IMG/VR virus record: IMGVR_UViG_2895374923_000001
Location: 1-64,000 of that record
Origin: a virus
Taxonomy: Duplodnaviria; Caudoviricetes
Strand: one strand, 5' to 3'
DNA length: 64,000 nucleotides
Notes under the pieces: model-generated
What the model was told of the DNA's origin: nothing
Database searches by the model: none
The model's input: only the letters and a program-made list of their open reading frames with translations
Shown: positions 29,365-38,403 of the stretch, piece by piece
Layout of the letters: each line of letters starts with the position of its first letter
How positions within the stretch are numbered: position 1 is the stretch's first letter
Program-made: the position numbers and the translations under genes

Positions 29365-29664
29365 CTACCAGTCTTGCGAGGTTCGCAGGGGTGTGCTGGT
29401 CAGGAGCTTGTCGCCCTTCTCCTGGTTGCATTTGCGACCACACACGGGGCATGGGGCGTTGGCTCCGTGGCTTGGCCGCATGGCGTGGGGGTCTACGGGC
29501 TGGTGTGGGTCCAGGCTGATGGGGATGAGGTGGTCGGCTTCGCCTGCTCCGTGGTGTCCGCAGATCCAGCAGTCCGTGCCGTAGATGAGGAACATCTGCT
29601 TGCGTGCTCTGCGGTAGGGGCGTCCGCTGCGGTGCCTGACGTTGCGCTGTCTACTCGTGGTCAC
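29365..29664 (-). CDS. Terminase-associated HNH endonuclease
   Basis: CWICG..EADH..H..CN..KG. Confidence 0.85.
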   Translation of the reverse strand: MTTSRQRNVRHRSGRPYRRARKQMFLIYGTDCWICGHHGAGEADHLIPISLDPHQPVDPHAMRPSHGANAPCPVCGRKCNQEKGDKLLTSTPLRTSQDW

Positions 29665-29947
29665 CGTTGTGGCCTGGGGGTTGAGGGCACCAGCGGTACG
29701 GGTCGGGTGGGTTGAGCAGGACACCGCACTCGGTGGCTGGTGAGGCGACGGGGCTGTGGTCACCGTGGTGGTTGGCAGGTTCACGGCACCACTGCTGTTC
29801 GTTGCGTGGGTCCACGGTTCCGCATTCGCCTGGTCTGGCGTCGCCGTGTCGGCGTTCTCCGGTGGCGAGGTAGGTGAGGACTTGGGAGGCGGTCATGCCG
29901 TGTGGTGTGCCGACTGCTGAGGCTATCTCGGTGAGAGCGTCCGTCAT
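29651..29947 (-). CDS. Hypothetical protein with two C..C..HxGDH metal-binding repeats
   Basis: ECG..WCREPANHHGDH and ECG..WCPQPPGHNGDH. Confidence 0.55.
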   Translation of the reverse strand: MTDALTEIASAVGTPHGMTASQVLTYLATGERRHGDARPGECGTVDPRNEQQWCREPANHHGDHSPVASPATECGVLLNPPDPYRWCPQPPGHNGDHE

Positions 29948-30169
29948 TGCGTCACCTGCTCTCTGGTGTTGGGGAGGTGAGGCCCGCACGCTCGGGGGTA
30001 CGTGGGGCCTCACCTCGTGCCGTGCGGGGCACCCTCGGGCCTGCACGGCTGGCGCAGCCGGGTCCCCCTCCGGCGTGCGCGGCTTCTGGTCTGGGTACGG
30101 GAGAAGCCCCAGCTCACGGGGAGCTGGGGCTTCTGGACAACCGTGACCACGCTATCGATTCACAGCATG

Positions 30170-30946
30170 TCACCTGGTGGTTGCGTGCGCAACTTTATGG
30201 CGCATGAGGGTGGCGATGTCGGTCAGCCGGTAGAGGTTGCGGCCCTTGTCGTCTACGCCTGCGGGGGTGAGTTTGCCGCGTGCGGCCCACGTGCGGATGA
30301 GGTCGGGCTTGATCGGTCGGATGAGGATGGACAAGGTGAACGCTGCCTCGGGTGGGGCCATCATCGACACCTGGAGGGTGGCGAGCATGGCCTGCTTGCT
30401 GGCTTCTACGTCGTGGTGAAGGTGTTCTCCTTCGGCGTCTACGCAGGTCTGGCAGTAGGCGAACTCGGCTCCCTGCTTGGCGTACAGCGCGGTCCCGCAG
30501 ACGGTGCACTGTCCGGCGTAGATCCTGGGGACGGGCCGGTCGATGACGTGGCGTACGGCGCGTACGGCGTCGCGGATCTCGGTGACGGCGTCGGGGCCGG
30601 CGGGGTGGTGGCGGAGCCACTCAAGGTGTTCGAGTAGCCATCGACTGAGGGGTGCGAGGCCGTCGAGCGGTTGGGGGAGGCCGCGCTGGTCGGCGATGAG
30701 CGTGCACCAGGAGGCGAGGAGCGCCTTGAGCGCGCGGCCTCGTGCCTCGGCGTCGAAGTTGGCGGGCATCTCGATTCGGGTGGGTCCGCCTCCGCCGAGG
30801 CTCGTTTGCTTCGAGAGGGCGATGTCGAGTTCGTGGTCGAGGCCGGGGACGTCTTCGAGATCTCGGCGTAGCGCGTGGGTGCAGCGCGTGCAGACGTTGG
30901 CCAGGTCGGCGACCTCGGCGCCGCAGAGCTGACAGGTTACGGTCAT
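30170..30946 (-). CDS. Putative late-gene regulator (Zn fingers plus C-terminal MerR-like HTH)
   Basis: CQLC..CTRC, WLRHHP, CTVC..CQTC, IRTWAARGKL..YRLTD; last early gene. Confidence 0.7.
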   Translation of the reverse strand: MTVTCQLCGAEVADLANVCTRCTHALRRDLEDVPGLDHELDIALSKQTSLGGGGPTRIEMPANFDAEARGRALKALLASWCTLIADQRGLPQPLDGLAPLSRWLLEHLEWLRHHPAGPDAVTEIRDAVRAVRHVIDRPVPRIYAGQCTVCGTALYAKQGAEFAYCQTCVDAEGEHLHHDVEASKQAMLATLQVSMMAPPEAAFTLSILIRPIKPDLIRTWAARGKLTPAGVDDKGRNLYRLTDIATLMRHKVAHATTR

Positions 30947-31008
30947 CGGTCCCCCTGAAGTCGAAGCCAGCCCTGCACGACTTGGGAGCCGTGCAGGGCT
31001 GCGGAAGG

Positions 31009-31467
31009 CTATCGGCCCATGACCTGGGCGACGGCGGTCAGCATGCCTTCGTCGAAGGGCATGGTCGGGTTCATGAGGAATGCACGGTCGGGGAACCACC
31101 ATTCGGAGATGTCGCCGCCGTAGTCCTGGTGGAAGGCGCCGCTGAGGGTCTTGCCGTCCTTGACCGCGTAGCGGGGGCCGAACTTGCGCTCGTGTGCTCC
31201 GTCGCGGCTGTTCATCGTCATGAGGAAGCCGGGGAACTTGGCGGCGTCGAGATAGACGGCGGCGCCCACCTCATAGTTGGGTCCGCCTTTCAGGTTGCTA
31301 CGGGCGATGTCGGCCAGCTCTTCGGCTTCGACAACGGGTGCGCCGACCACGAACCAGGTGAGGGCAGCGCCGTACCCGGCGTGGAACTCGCTGGTGTACG
31401 AGCGGTCGATGACGCTGAAGTCGACGAAGGGTCCGCGGTGGATGCGCCGAATGGGTGTGGGCTCCAT
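31009..31467 (-). CDS. Hypothetical protein
   Basis: RBS plus ATG 31467, in operon. Confidence 0.55.
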   Translation of the reverse strand: MEPTPIRRIHRGPFVDFSVIDRSYTSEFHAGYGAALTWFVVGAPVVEAEELADIARSNLKGGPNYEVGAAVYLDAAKFPGFLMTMNSRDGAHERKFGPRYAVKDGKTLSGAFHQDYGGDISEWWFPDRAFLMNPTMPFDEGMLTAVAQVMGR

Positions 31468-31474
31468 GGCTGCC

Positions 31475-31891
31475 TCAAAGGTTGACGGCGATGTAGACGC
31501 CCTGCATGACGCCTTGCCAGAACGCGGATTCGGAGTGGAAATACCAAGTGCGTTCCCACGGGATGTCGCTTTTCCAGGCGTTGCCGAGTTCGGCTTTGCG
31601 CTGGGCGGTGTAGGTGGGCCCATGGAGGACTTCGACGCCTTGCCCGGCCTGTTCGAGGTAGGCGAGGAACGTCGGATAGAGGCTGGCGTCGAGCCAGTAC
31701 GTGGACCAGTCGCCGTCTTCTCCGGCCCGGATCTCCATGTGGATGTCGGCGAGTCGCTGTGCCTCCTGCTGTGTGGGATGGGTCTTCACCCAGCCGAGGG
31801 CGGTTTGGAGGCCGACGTTGAACTCGGTGATGTAGTCGTGGGCTTCCTTGCCCACGTTGAGGATTGTGGTCCTGATGGGTGTGATGGTCAT
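31475..31891 (-). CDS. Hypothetical protein
   Basis: 138 aa, coupled to the upstream gene. Confidence 0.6.
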   Translation of the reverse strand: MTITPIRTTILNVGKEAHDYITEFNVGLQTALGWVKTHPTQQEAQRLADIHMEIRAGEDGDWSTYWLDASLYPTFLAYLEQAGQGVEVLHGPTYTAQRKAELGNAWKSDIPWERTWYFHSESAFWQGVMQGVYIAVNL

Positions 31892-32289
31892 TGCGCGGCC
31901 TCCTTTACGGCGTGCTCCTTGATCCGGTTGAGCCCGGCGAACGTATGGATGACCTTGTGGGCTTCAGCTCGGAGGGCGCGGAACTGGGCGGCGAGACACA
32001 CCATCGCGGTGTCGATATCACTCGCGCTGAGCTTGCTCGTAGGGATCATGACATGGGCGCCGTCGTCGCGGATGACGTCTACGCACCCGGCCATGGCGAT
32101 CGTCTGGTCGCGGAGGTTGAGCGCTTCGTCCATGAGGGCGGTGTGTTCTTCGAGGATGTCGGCGGCGGTCATCTCGGGAGAGGTGTCCTCGAACCCGAAG
32201 GCGTAGTCGACGCGGCTTTCCGCTGACCAGGTGGTCATGAGGGTCTTGGCGTAGTGCTCGGCCAGAGCGGCGAGCTGGTTGTTGGTCAT
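31888..32289 (-). CDS. Hypothetical protein
   Basis: 133 aa, GGAG RBS. Confidence 0.6.
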   Translation of the reverse strand: MTNNQLAALAEHYAKTLMTTWSAESRVDYAFGFEDTSPEMTAADILEEHTALMDEALNLRDQTIAMAGCVDVIRDDGAHVMIPTSKLSASDIDTAMVCLAAQFRALRAEAHKVIHTFAGLNRIKEHAVKEAAQ

Positions 32290-32340
32290 ACGATGCTCCT
32301 GACTGGCCGGGCCCGATGTGAGCGGGCCCGGCCGTAGTTG

Positions 32341-32871
32341 TTAGCTGGTGGGAACGTGCTCCGGCGCGCAGTCGAGATCCGTGCAGGCGTAGGACGGGCG
32401 CAGCAGGTGGAAGTCTCCGTAGATGCCGTTCCGTAGGTCGTGAACCGTCCACTCGGTGGCCGCGGTGGCGGTGCCGCTGGTGTTGTCCACGGCGATCAGG
32501 CCGTGGTGTGTGTCGATGTGGACGGCAGTGAGCCCAGAGAGGTGGATGGTGAGGACACCTTCTGTCAGCGCCATCTCGTGGGCGTGCTCGTGCTGGCGGC
32601 GCCTGAGATTCGCCGAGGTGATGAAGTCCTTGAACATGTCGTCGGTGTAGCGGGCAGGCAGCCTCTCGAACACTGGGTCACAGGTCGCGGCTTCGCAGGC
32701 CAGGAAGCGGTTGCGGCCGTCGATGAGGACGGTCCCGTCGTAGTTGAGCGTGATGGGCTGGCGCAGACCTTGCCGCTTGATGTCGGCGACGAGCGCCTCG
32801 AAGTCTGCTCCTTCCATAAGAGGGAAGGCTGCGAGCGCCGGGTGGATGGTGAACGGGCCGAGCTGGTTCAT
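32341..32871 (-). CDS. ParB N-terminal domain protein
   Basis: HPALAAFP..LVADIKRQGLRQPI..LIDGRNR..ANLRRR. Confidence 0.8.
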   Translation of the reverse strand: MNQLGPFTIHPALAAFPLMEGADFEALVADIKRQGLRQPITLNYDGTVLIDGRNRFLACEAATCDPVFERLPARYTDDMFKDFITSANLRRRQHEHAHEMALTEGVLTIHLSGLTAVHIDTHHGLIAVDNTSGTATAATEWTVHDLRNGIYGDFHLLRPSYACTDLDCAPEHVPTS

Positions 32872-32935
32872 GGTGATCTTCCTGTCTCGTGAGAGGGTGA
32901 TCGGGGCCGTGCCCGCCGTAATCGGGCACGGCCTC

Positions 32936-33277
32936 CTACTTCGTGGCCTGCTCGGTGACGGCCCGGTAGATGGCCGTCGTCAGGGCGGGGTCGTGGCTGG
33001 GGCAGCGCGGACCGATGCCCTGGTGGAGGCGCACCTTGTGGGTGGTACCGCAGTACGACTGCGTGGAGGCCGACCAGTACGAGCAGTGCCGGACCGTGAG
33101 AACGACAGGGGTCTCCTCCTTGTAATCCCTCTCGTTCACCCGGAGCTTCTGCAGTTCGCGGAGGGTATGGCCCTCGCCGCCCATGTAGCTGCAGCGTGGG
33201 CAGCAGTGGGGGCGCGGTCGGCCGGGAAAGGGGTCCTCCGGCTTCACTCCGGGCGCCGGGATTTGGTTTGCGGACAA
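32936..33277 (-). CDS. Cys-rich hypothetical protein
   Basis: TTG start after AGGAGG; CPRC, C..C..CPSH. Confidence 0.5.
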   Translation of the reverse strand: MSANQIPAPGVKPEDPFPGRPRPHCCPRCSYMGGEGHTLRELQKLRVNERDYKEETPVVLTVRHCSYWSASTQSYCGTTHKVRLHQGIGPRCPSHDPALTTAIYRAVTEQATK

Positions 33278-33279
33278 GG

Positions 33280-33537
33280 TCAGTCCTCCTTGGGGCCGGT
33301 GTAGGAGCTGTTCAGGTTGCGGAGGCGTTCGGTCATTTCGTTGACTCGAACGGTGTTGCGCTGCAGGTCGGCCAGCCGCTCCTCGTGGAGCTTCCGGTTG
33401 CGCTCCCACGCCTCGTTCCGGTCGGCGCGCGCCTGCTTAAGGGACTCCTTGAGTCCCCTCCGGTCGGAGATCAGGACTCCGATCAAGATGGCGGCGGCCA
33501 TCACCACGTAGATGAGGATGATCACTGCGGTTTGCAT
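33280..33537 (-). CDS. TM plus coiled-coil hypothetical protein
   Basis: N-terminal hydrophobic helix. Confidence 0.55.
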   Translation of the reverse strand: MQTAVIILIYVVMAAAILIGVLISDRRGLKESLKQARADRNEAWERNRKLHEERLADLQRNTVRVNEMTERLRNLNSSYTGPKED

Positions 33538-33554
33538 GGCGGTCTTGCCTTTCG

Positions 33555-34085
33555 TTAAGCCGCGGTCGCGGCGTTAGTGAAGCGGGTACGGGGAGTGCCC
33601 GAGTAGCCGGGCAGATTGGCGATGCGCCACTCGTGGGCGACCTCAGCGGCCTTCTCCTTGTCGGCGAAGGTGCCGAGGTAGAGCGAGCGGCCGTTGAGCT
33701 TGGCCTGGGCCACCCACTTGTTGCCGGCGCGGACGACACCGCGCATACCGGTGGAGGAGAGGGCTCGGCGGTTCCCGGCGTTGGACTGGTGGGTGGCCCA
33801 GCGGAGGTTGCTGAGCCGGTTGTCGAGCGGGTCGCCGTTGACGTGGTCGACGAGGCGTCCGTCACCGCGGCGGGCGTTCATCAGCCAGCGGTGGAGGGGC
33901 GTGTCCTGCTGCTCCACTCTCAGTGCGGCGTAGCCGTGGCTCCCGAGGTGGAGCCGCCGCTTGCCGAGACGTTCGGCGCCCTCGGGGCACAGCCACACGA
34001 TCACGGGGCCGTTCCGGGTGGAGGCGGGGACGGCGACGGCTGAGGGGTCTTCGAGGTGGAGCGGAGGTTGGAAGTTGGCTGACAT
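33555..34085 (-). CDS. HNH-AP2 homing endonuclease-like protein
   Basis: LHR..VDHVNGDPLDNRLSNLR..N; GMRGV..KWVAQ..YLGTF. Confidence 0.88.
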   Translation of the reverse strand: MSANFQPPLHLEDPSAVAVPASTRNGPVIVWLCPEGAERLGKRRLHLGSHGYAALRVEQQDTPLHRWLMNARRGDGRLVDHVNGDPLDNRLSNLRWATHQSNAGNRRALSSTGMRGVVRAGNKWVAQAKLNGRSLYLGTFADKEKAAEVAHEWRIANLPGYSGTPRTRFTNAATAA

Positions 34086-34156
34086 CGGATTCCCTACTTT
34101 CCGTGTCGGATGGCCGGTGTATGGCTAGCCATGTGTCGGCGCAGGTCAGACCGGGT

Positions 34157-34240
34157 GTGTAGGGATGTGCATGGTTTTCCGTAACTCGCTACGCGCGCAC
34201 ACGCATGAGAGATTCCGGGAAACCCTTCACAGCCCTACAC
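34157..34240. repeat. 25-bp imperfect inverted repeat, candidate replication origin
   Basis: GTGTAGGGATGTGCATGGTTTTCCG / CGGGAAACCCTTCACAGCCCTACAC (4 mismatches), just downstream of the helicase gene. Confidence 0.55.
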
Positions 34241-34249
34241 TCCTGCAGG

Positions 34250-35617
34250 TCAGCGGCCCTCTTCCTCGTCGTCGCCTTGACGCTCGACAGTGAGAACGAG
34301 CCCGCGGTAGATGAACCCGCCGCTGGTCCGGACCTTCTCGAAACCGCGCTTGGCCATGGACTCGGCGAACATGACCTCGCTGCTGGGGACTTCGCCGCTG
34401 GCGAGACACCAGCTCGACCAAGCGGCGTAGAGTTCACGGGCCTTCTCGCGGCCCGCGTTCGTGGAGTGCGTACGTTCGGATAGGAACCGCGCCATGACGT
34501 CGCTGGTGGCTTGGTACTTCTGGGTGCGGACTCGTACTGCTTCGGGTGGATCGAGGCCCTTGTCCTGGTAGTCCCGCCACCCTTGATAGGCCCACGCGAG
34601 TACAGCGGGAGCAGCGGCTTTGAGCCTGTCGGGCAGGTCGCTGTCTCGCTCGTCCTCGGGGATGACGACGTCGAAGGGGACCACCAGGATTCGCCGCCAC
34701 ACGGCCGGGTCGTCGCCGCTGACGATCGGGAGGAAGTTCGTCAGCATGATCAGGGTGTGGGACGGATCGAACGTGATCGGGTTCTTGTGCATGAGGTTGG
34801 CCTCGATGGGGTCGCCACCGACGAGCCGCTTCATGGTCGCTTCAGCGAACCGGCGTCCCTTCTCCGTCTCTGAGCAGAAGACGAGGCGGGCACCCCGAAG
34901 GCGCATCTTGAACGCGCCATGCCGTTCGTGCTTGGACTCCATCAAGATGGCCGGGTCCACTTCAATGGCGTAGTCGCCGAAGGCGGCCATCAGGGCATCC
35001 CTGAGGGTGCCCTTGCCGTTGGCACCTGTCCCCGTCCAGATGGGCATGACGTGCTCGGTGACCTTGCCCAGCATGGAGTAGCCGACAAGCCTCTGAACGA
35101 AGGCGCGAACGTCTTCGTCCGGCAGGATCTTCAGGAGAAAGGAGTCCCACTCGGCGTTCTCGTCTGAGTGGAGATTCCCGCCCGCGACCTTGGTGATCAG
35201 ATCATTCCGGTCGTTTGGCCCACTGGACCCGGTTCGCAGGTCGAGCGTGCCGAAGGGTGTGTTGAACAGGAAGGCGTTGGCGTCGAGCTGGTCCGATGCG
35301 ATCGCGAGGGGCTTGATGTTCGCAGCGATGCGGAGGACGCCCTCCAGCCCGGAAGCGGACTCGCATCTCCCTGCATCCTCTAGGAGCGCCTTCTTGGCGT
35401 CCTTGTTGAGCCGCGCGGCCTGGTTGCGGGCATCCTTCACGGTCTTGATGGCGCAGCGGTGCGCCCCGCCGTCCTTGTCCTCGGCCCACCGGGTGTTATC
35501 CCAGCGGTACCAGCCAAGCCCGTGGACGTAGCGGAGGGCGTCAGCGTGCTGGCTGGTGAACCGTTCTGCGATCCGGAGTTGCCCCCTGTGCTGTTCCTGG
35601 ACCGTGTTGCTTCGCAC
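34250..35617 (-). CDS. P4-family phage/plasmid primase-helicase (D5-like SF3 helicase)
   Basis: D5_N region (W..WD..RW..D), Walker A GTGANGKG, AVWRRI. Confidence 0.9.
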   Translation of the reverse strand: MRSNTVQEQHRGQLRIAERFTSQHADALRYVHGLGWYRWDNTRWAEDKDGGAHRCAIKTVKDARNQAARLNKDAKKALLEDAGRCESASGLEGVLRIAANIKPLAIASDQLDANAFLFNTPFGTLDLRTGSSGPNDRNDLITKVAGGNLHSDENAEWDSFLLKILPDEDVRAFVQRLVGYSMLGKVTEHVMPIWTGTGANGKGTLRDALMAAFGDYAIEVDPAILMESKHERHGAFKMRLRGARLVFCSETEKGRRFAEATMKRLVGGDPIEANLMHKNPITFDPSHTLIMLTNFLPIVSGDDPAVWRRILVVPFDVVIPEDERDSDLPDRLKAAAPAVLAWAYQGWRDYQDKGLDPPEAVRVRTQKYQATSDVMARFLSERTHSTNAGREKARELYAAWSSWCLASGEVPSSEVMFAESMAKRGFEKVRTSGGFIYRGLVLTVERQGDDEEEGR

Positions 35618-36651
35618 TAGCGGACCCCCTGCAGGCGGCGCGGGTGGCGCATGCCGGCGGTCAGGCCGGACCTGATGGTTCTCGTGATCTGGGAAGGCCC
35701 GCAGTTGGGATCAACGTCGAGGCCGACGCCGTACGCGGCGTCAGTGAGGGCGCGCTCGGCGGCGGCCTGGTCGAGGGCGCCCGCGCCCACGAGGGTCCCG
35801 AGGATGAACGCGCTCTTGTTGAGCTGGTCGCATCTGCCCGGCCGACCCTTGCCGCCCTTGGGGGCATCCATGATCGCCTGGACCTCACCAGCTACGGCGG
35901 CCGAGACATACCGGTCGCGAAGCTGAGGAAGGTCAGGAGCCCGGCGGGCCTTCTCTGGAAGAGGCTTCTCGCGCAGGTAGTCCGCGAGCCGATGGTGAAG
36001 CGGCGTCAGGGGGAGGCGGATCGTGTCCCGGTCCCACCTGTACGCCTGGCCGGTCTTGCTGCTGACGGACGGCGCGGTGACGAAGTAGCCCCCGTCCGCC
36101 TTGACATCGAGTCCGCGGCCCAGCCGGTTGGAGCCACCCTTGATCCGTCCGCCGGGGTGGGCGTACAGGAGGTGCATGCCGCCAGACGGGGTGCGCTGCA
36201 CGACGGTGTCCGGGAGGTAGCCCGCTTTCCGTCCGCGCTCGGCAGCGGCGTAACCGTCGACGCCGTGCCCGGCCATGCTGTCGATGTCGAGGACGACGAG
36301 CCCGGACGGTGCCCCTGTCCGGATGGCGACAAGCCCACGCGGGATCAGCCCGGCCATCTCCCGCAGCCTCTCGGGGTCGCTGGTGGCTGCGTAGAAGCCA
36401 TGGCACGTGACGTGTGTGCACGCCTCGCGCTGGTCGTTGGTGAGGTGGTGCTTGTCGCAGTAGTCGCAGTTCTTGGTCGGAACCTTGCCGGAACTGAGGA
36501 GGAACGGCTTCCAGCCACACGCTGCGTAGGCGAGCAGCGCCTCATACGCCGAGGTTTCCGGCGTGATGCTGATCGTCGCGGGTGTCGCCGCGAGCTGGTA
36601 GTAGGAAATGGTCGTAGCGCCGTTGGCGGCGCCGGAAATTGGCGTCACCAC
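35617..36651 (-). CDS. Bifunctional DNA primase/polymerase (Prim-Pol)
   Basis: HGFYAAT, IRTG..SGLVVLDID, TPSGGMH, DVKADGGYFVTAPS. Confidence 0.9.
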   Translation of the reverse strand: MVTPISGAANGATTISYYQLAATPATISITPETSAYEALLAYAACGWKPFLLSSGKVPTKNCDYCDKHHLTNDQREACTHVTCHGFYAATSDPERLREMAGLIPRGLVAIRTGAPSGLVVLDIDSMAGHGVDGYAAAERGRKAGYLPDTVVQRTPSGGMHLLYAHPGGRIKGGSNRLGRGLDVKADGGYFVTAPSVSSKTGQAYRWDRDTIRLPLTPLHHRLADYLREKPLPEKARRAPDLPQLRDRYVSAAVAGEVQAIMDAPKGGKGRPGRCDQLNKSAFILGTLVGAGALDQAAAERALTDAAYGVGLDVDPNCGPSQITRTIRSGLTAGMRHPRRLQGVR

Positions 36652-36705
36652 GGTCCCCCGGGTTCTTAGTTCTGGTTGTACGTCGGGGGAAGAAGGGGAC
36701 CGTGG

Positions 36706-37047
36706 CTAGCCAACAGCGAGGGCGTCGTCGTGCGACGCCTCAGCCTTCATCCACTCGATCCACGCAGCGAAGCACTCCACCGGAATACGGCGGGAGCGCG
36801 GCGTGGGCTTGACGCTCTTGAGACGCCCGGACTGAATTGCCCTGCGGATCGTGCCCTTGGACAGGGACGACTCCTGCTCAACACGGCGAGGAGTCATGAG
36901 CCGCGGGAGGTGCGCGTACGCGCTGAGGTCGATCTCGATCGGGTGGTTCGTGGACGACTTGCGCAGAGGGCGCTTCGGGGCAGCATCCGACAAGGGGGTT
37001 CCGACGTGCGTCTGTGCACACGTAGAATCAAGGCCGACTTGGCCCAT
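36706..37047 (-). CDS. xis: Excisionase / HTH_17 DNA-binding protein
   Basis: LMTPRRVEQESSLSKGTIRRAIQSGRLKSVK..RRIP; AAGGAG RBS. Confidence 0.75.
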   Translation of the reverse strand: MGQVGLDSTCAQTHVGTPLSDAAPKRPLRKSSTNHPIEIDLSAYAHLPRLMTPRRVEQESSLSKGTIRRAIQSGRLKSVKPTPRSRRIPVECFAAWIEWMKAEASHDDALAVG

Positions 37048-37370
37048 GGTGGTTCTCCTTGTTCCTGGAAGTTCAAGCGGGGTCATGCTGGGTTAAGTTG
37101 TCGGCCCCCTCAGTGGGATCGTGCGGTAGCAGGAGTTGCACCTCCTGTTACCTGCACCCCGCTGGGGGGCTTTGTGCTTTGCGGACACCAAGAGTCTCCG
37201 GGATTCCCCCAGACCCCTCCTTGGTCCACTACATAAGCTAACGGGTCCGATGGTGGTTCACAACTCGCCTCGACCCTTGCAGCTTGCGCAAGGCGCAGGA
37301 CGGGAGCCCAAGGACTTATGCGCATCCGCATAGCGCGACACAGAACGGCGTGTTCGAATCCTTCTGGGCA

Positions 37371-37721
37371 CGTTGCTACTCGTTGCTACTCGTTGCCACT
37401 CGTTGCAGGAGACGAGGCTGATCGAGAGCGAAGCAATGTAACGCAGGACAACGCAAGCAGATGACTGAAGATGCATGAAGATCAGAGATAGTCAGAGATC
37501 GCCTGGTAGCAAGGCAGTCCTGGGCAGTTTTAGGCACCCGGACGGTGCGAAGGCTCCTCTGAACTGGTAGGGAACAGTAGGGAACAGAAGGAATCGTGTC
37601 GGCCTGGGGTTTCATGACAGCCCGCCATTCCTAAGCAGTGATCTCCGATGTGCACTTCTTCGCACACCCCAGGCAGTCCAGGAGATCCATGGGAGTCCCT
37701 AGAGTCTGTATAGGTCTGTAG
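37371..37721. repeat. Array of distinct 10-bp-period tandem repeat blocks in the xis/repressor intergenic region
   Basis: For example CGTTGCTACT x4, GGAACAGTAG x3, (A/T)(G/A)(A/G)GTCTGTA x2. Confidence 0.8.
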
Positions 37722-37825
37722 AAGACTTGCGGCCATGCATGATGAAAGCTACCTTCTCATGCATGAGCTGTCCGCGATGTGCGCACCCTTGGCGCGTTCT
37801 GGACGCTCCTAACCCCACTCTGGAG

Positions 37826-38401
37826 ATGCTCTTGACCGAGTTCGCCGACTGGCTCAGCACGACCGCGAGGGGCCTCGGCTACCGCACGGACGCCCAGCTC
37901 GCTGCCGCCCTTGAAGTGCAGCAATCCACTGTCACGCGGTGGCGCAAGGGCAACCAGCCGCAGATCAAGCACCTGATCGAGATGGCCCGCCTCTTCCAGA
38001 TGCCGGTGGCTCCCCTGCTTGTCCTGGCAGGCCACGTGCCGGCGGACCTCTTGGGGGGTGTAGAGCCTGCTGGGCTGCCAATGACGGAAAGTGTGCGACG
38101 GATTCGTGATGCGCCGCTGACTGACCTGCAGAAGAAGGCGTTGACCGTCTACTGGGACAAACGTCTCGCTGACGAGCGCCAGAAGTTGTCATATCTCATC
38201 GACTGGATCGCGGCCGGTGACAGCACGTCTCGGCAAGAGGCAGGTGACTCGCTGTTGGACCTGATCACGCAGGGGGTCCGATCGCAGGCAGCCACTCACC
38301 TCATGGAACTGATCGAGACCCTTGTCGCAATCGAAGCGACGCCGCGAAAGCGACGCCGCCGCACAGTCCGCCAGGACTCCCCCGACGACATACCGGAGTA
38401 G
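37826..38401 (+). CDS. XRE-family repressor of element 1 (start uncertain; 37739 or 37762 possible)
   Basis: TDAQLAAALEVQQSTVTRWRKG HTH; directly upstream of int. Confidence 0.8.
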   Translation: MLLTEFADWLSTTARGLGYRTDAQLAAALEVQQSTVTRWRKGNQPQIKHLIEMARLFQMPVAPLLVLAGHVPADLLGGVEPAGLPMTESVRRIRDAPLTDLQKKALTVYWDKRLADERQKLSYLIDWIAAGDSTSRQEAGDSLLDLITQGVRSQAATHLMELIETLVAIEATPRKRRRRTVRQDSPDDIPE

Positions 38402-38403
38402 CC

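Noticed and set aside
33555-34085. Intron- or intein-associated endonuclease
   Set aside because: Free-standing between intact genes; no split host gene seen
37371-37721. CRISPR or mini-array interpretation of the repeat region
   Set aside because: No constant 25-40 bp repeat separating spacers and no cas genes; the blocks are short tandem repeats
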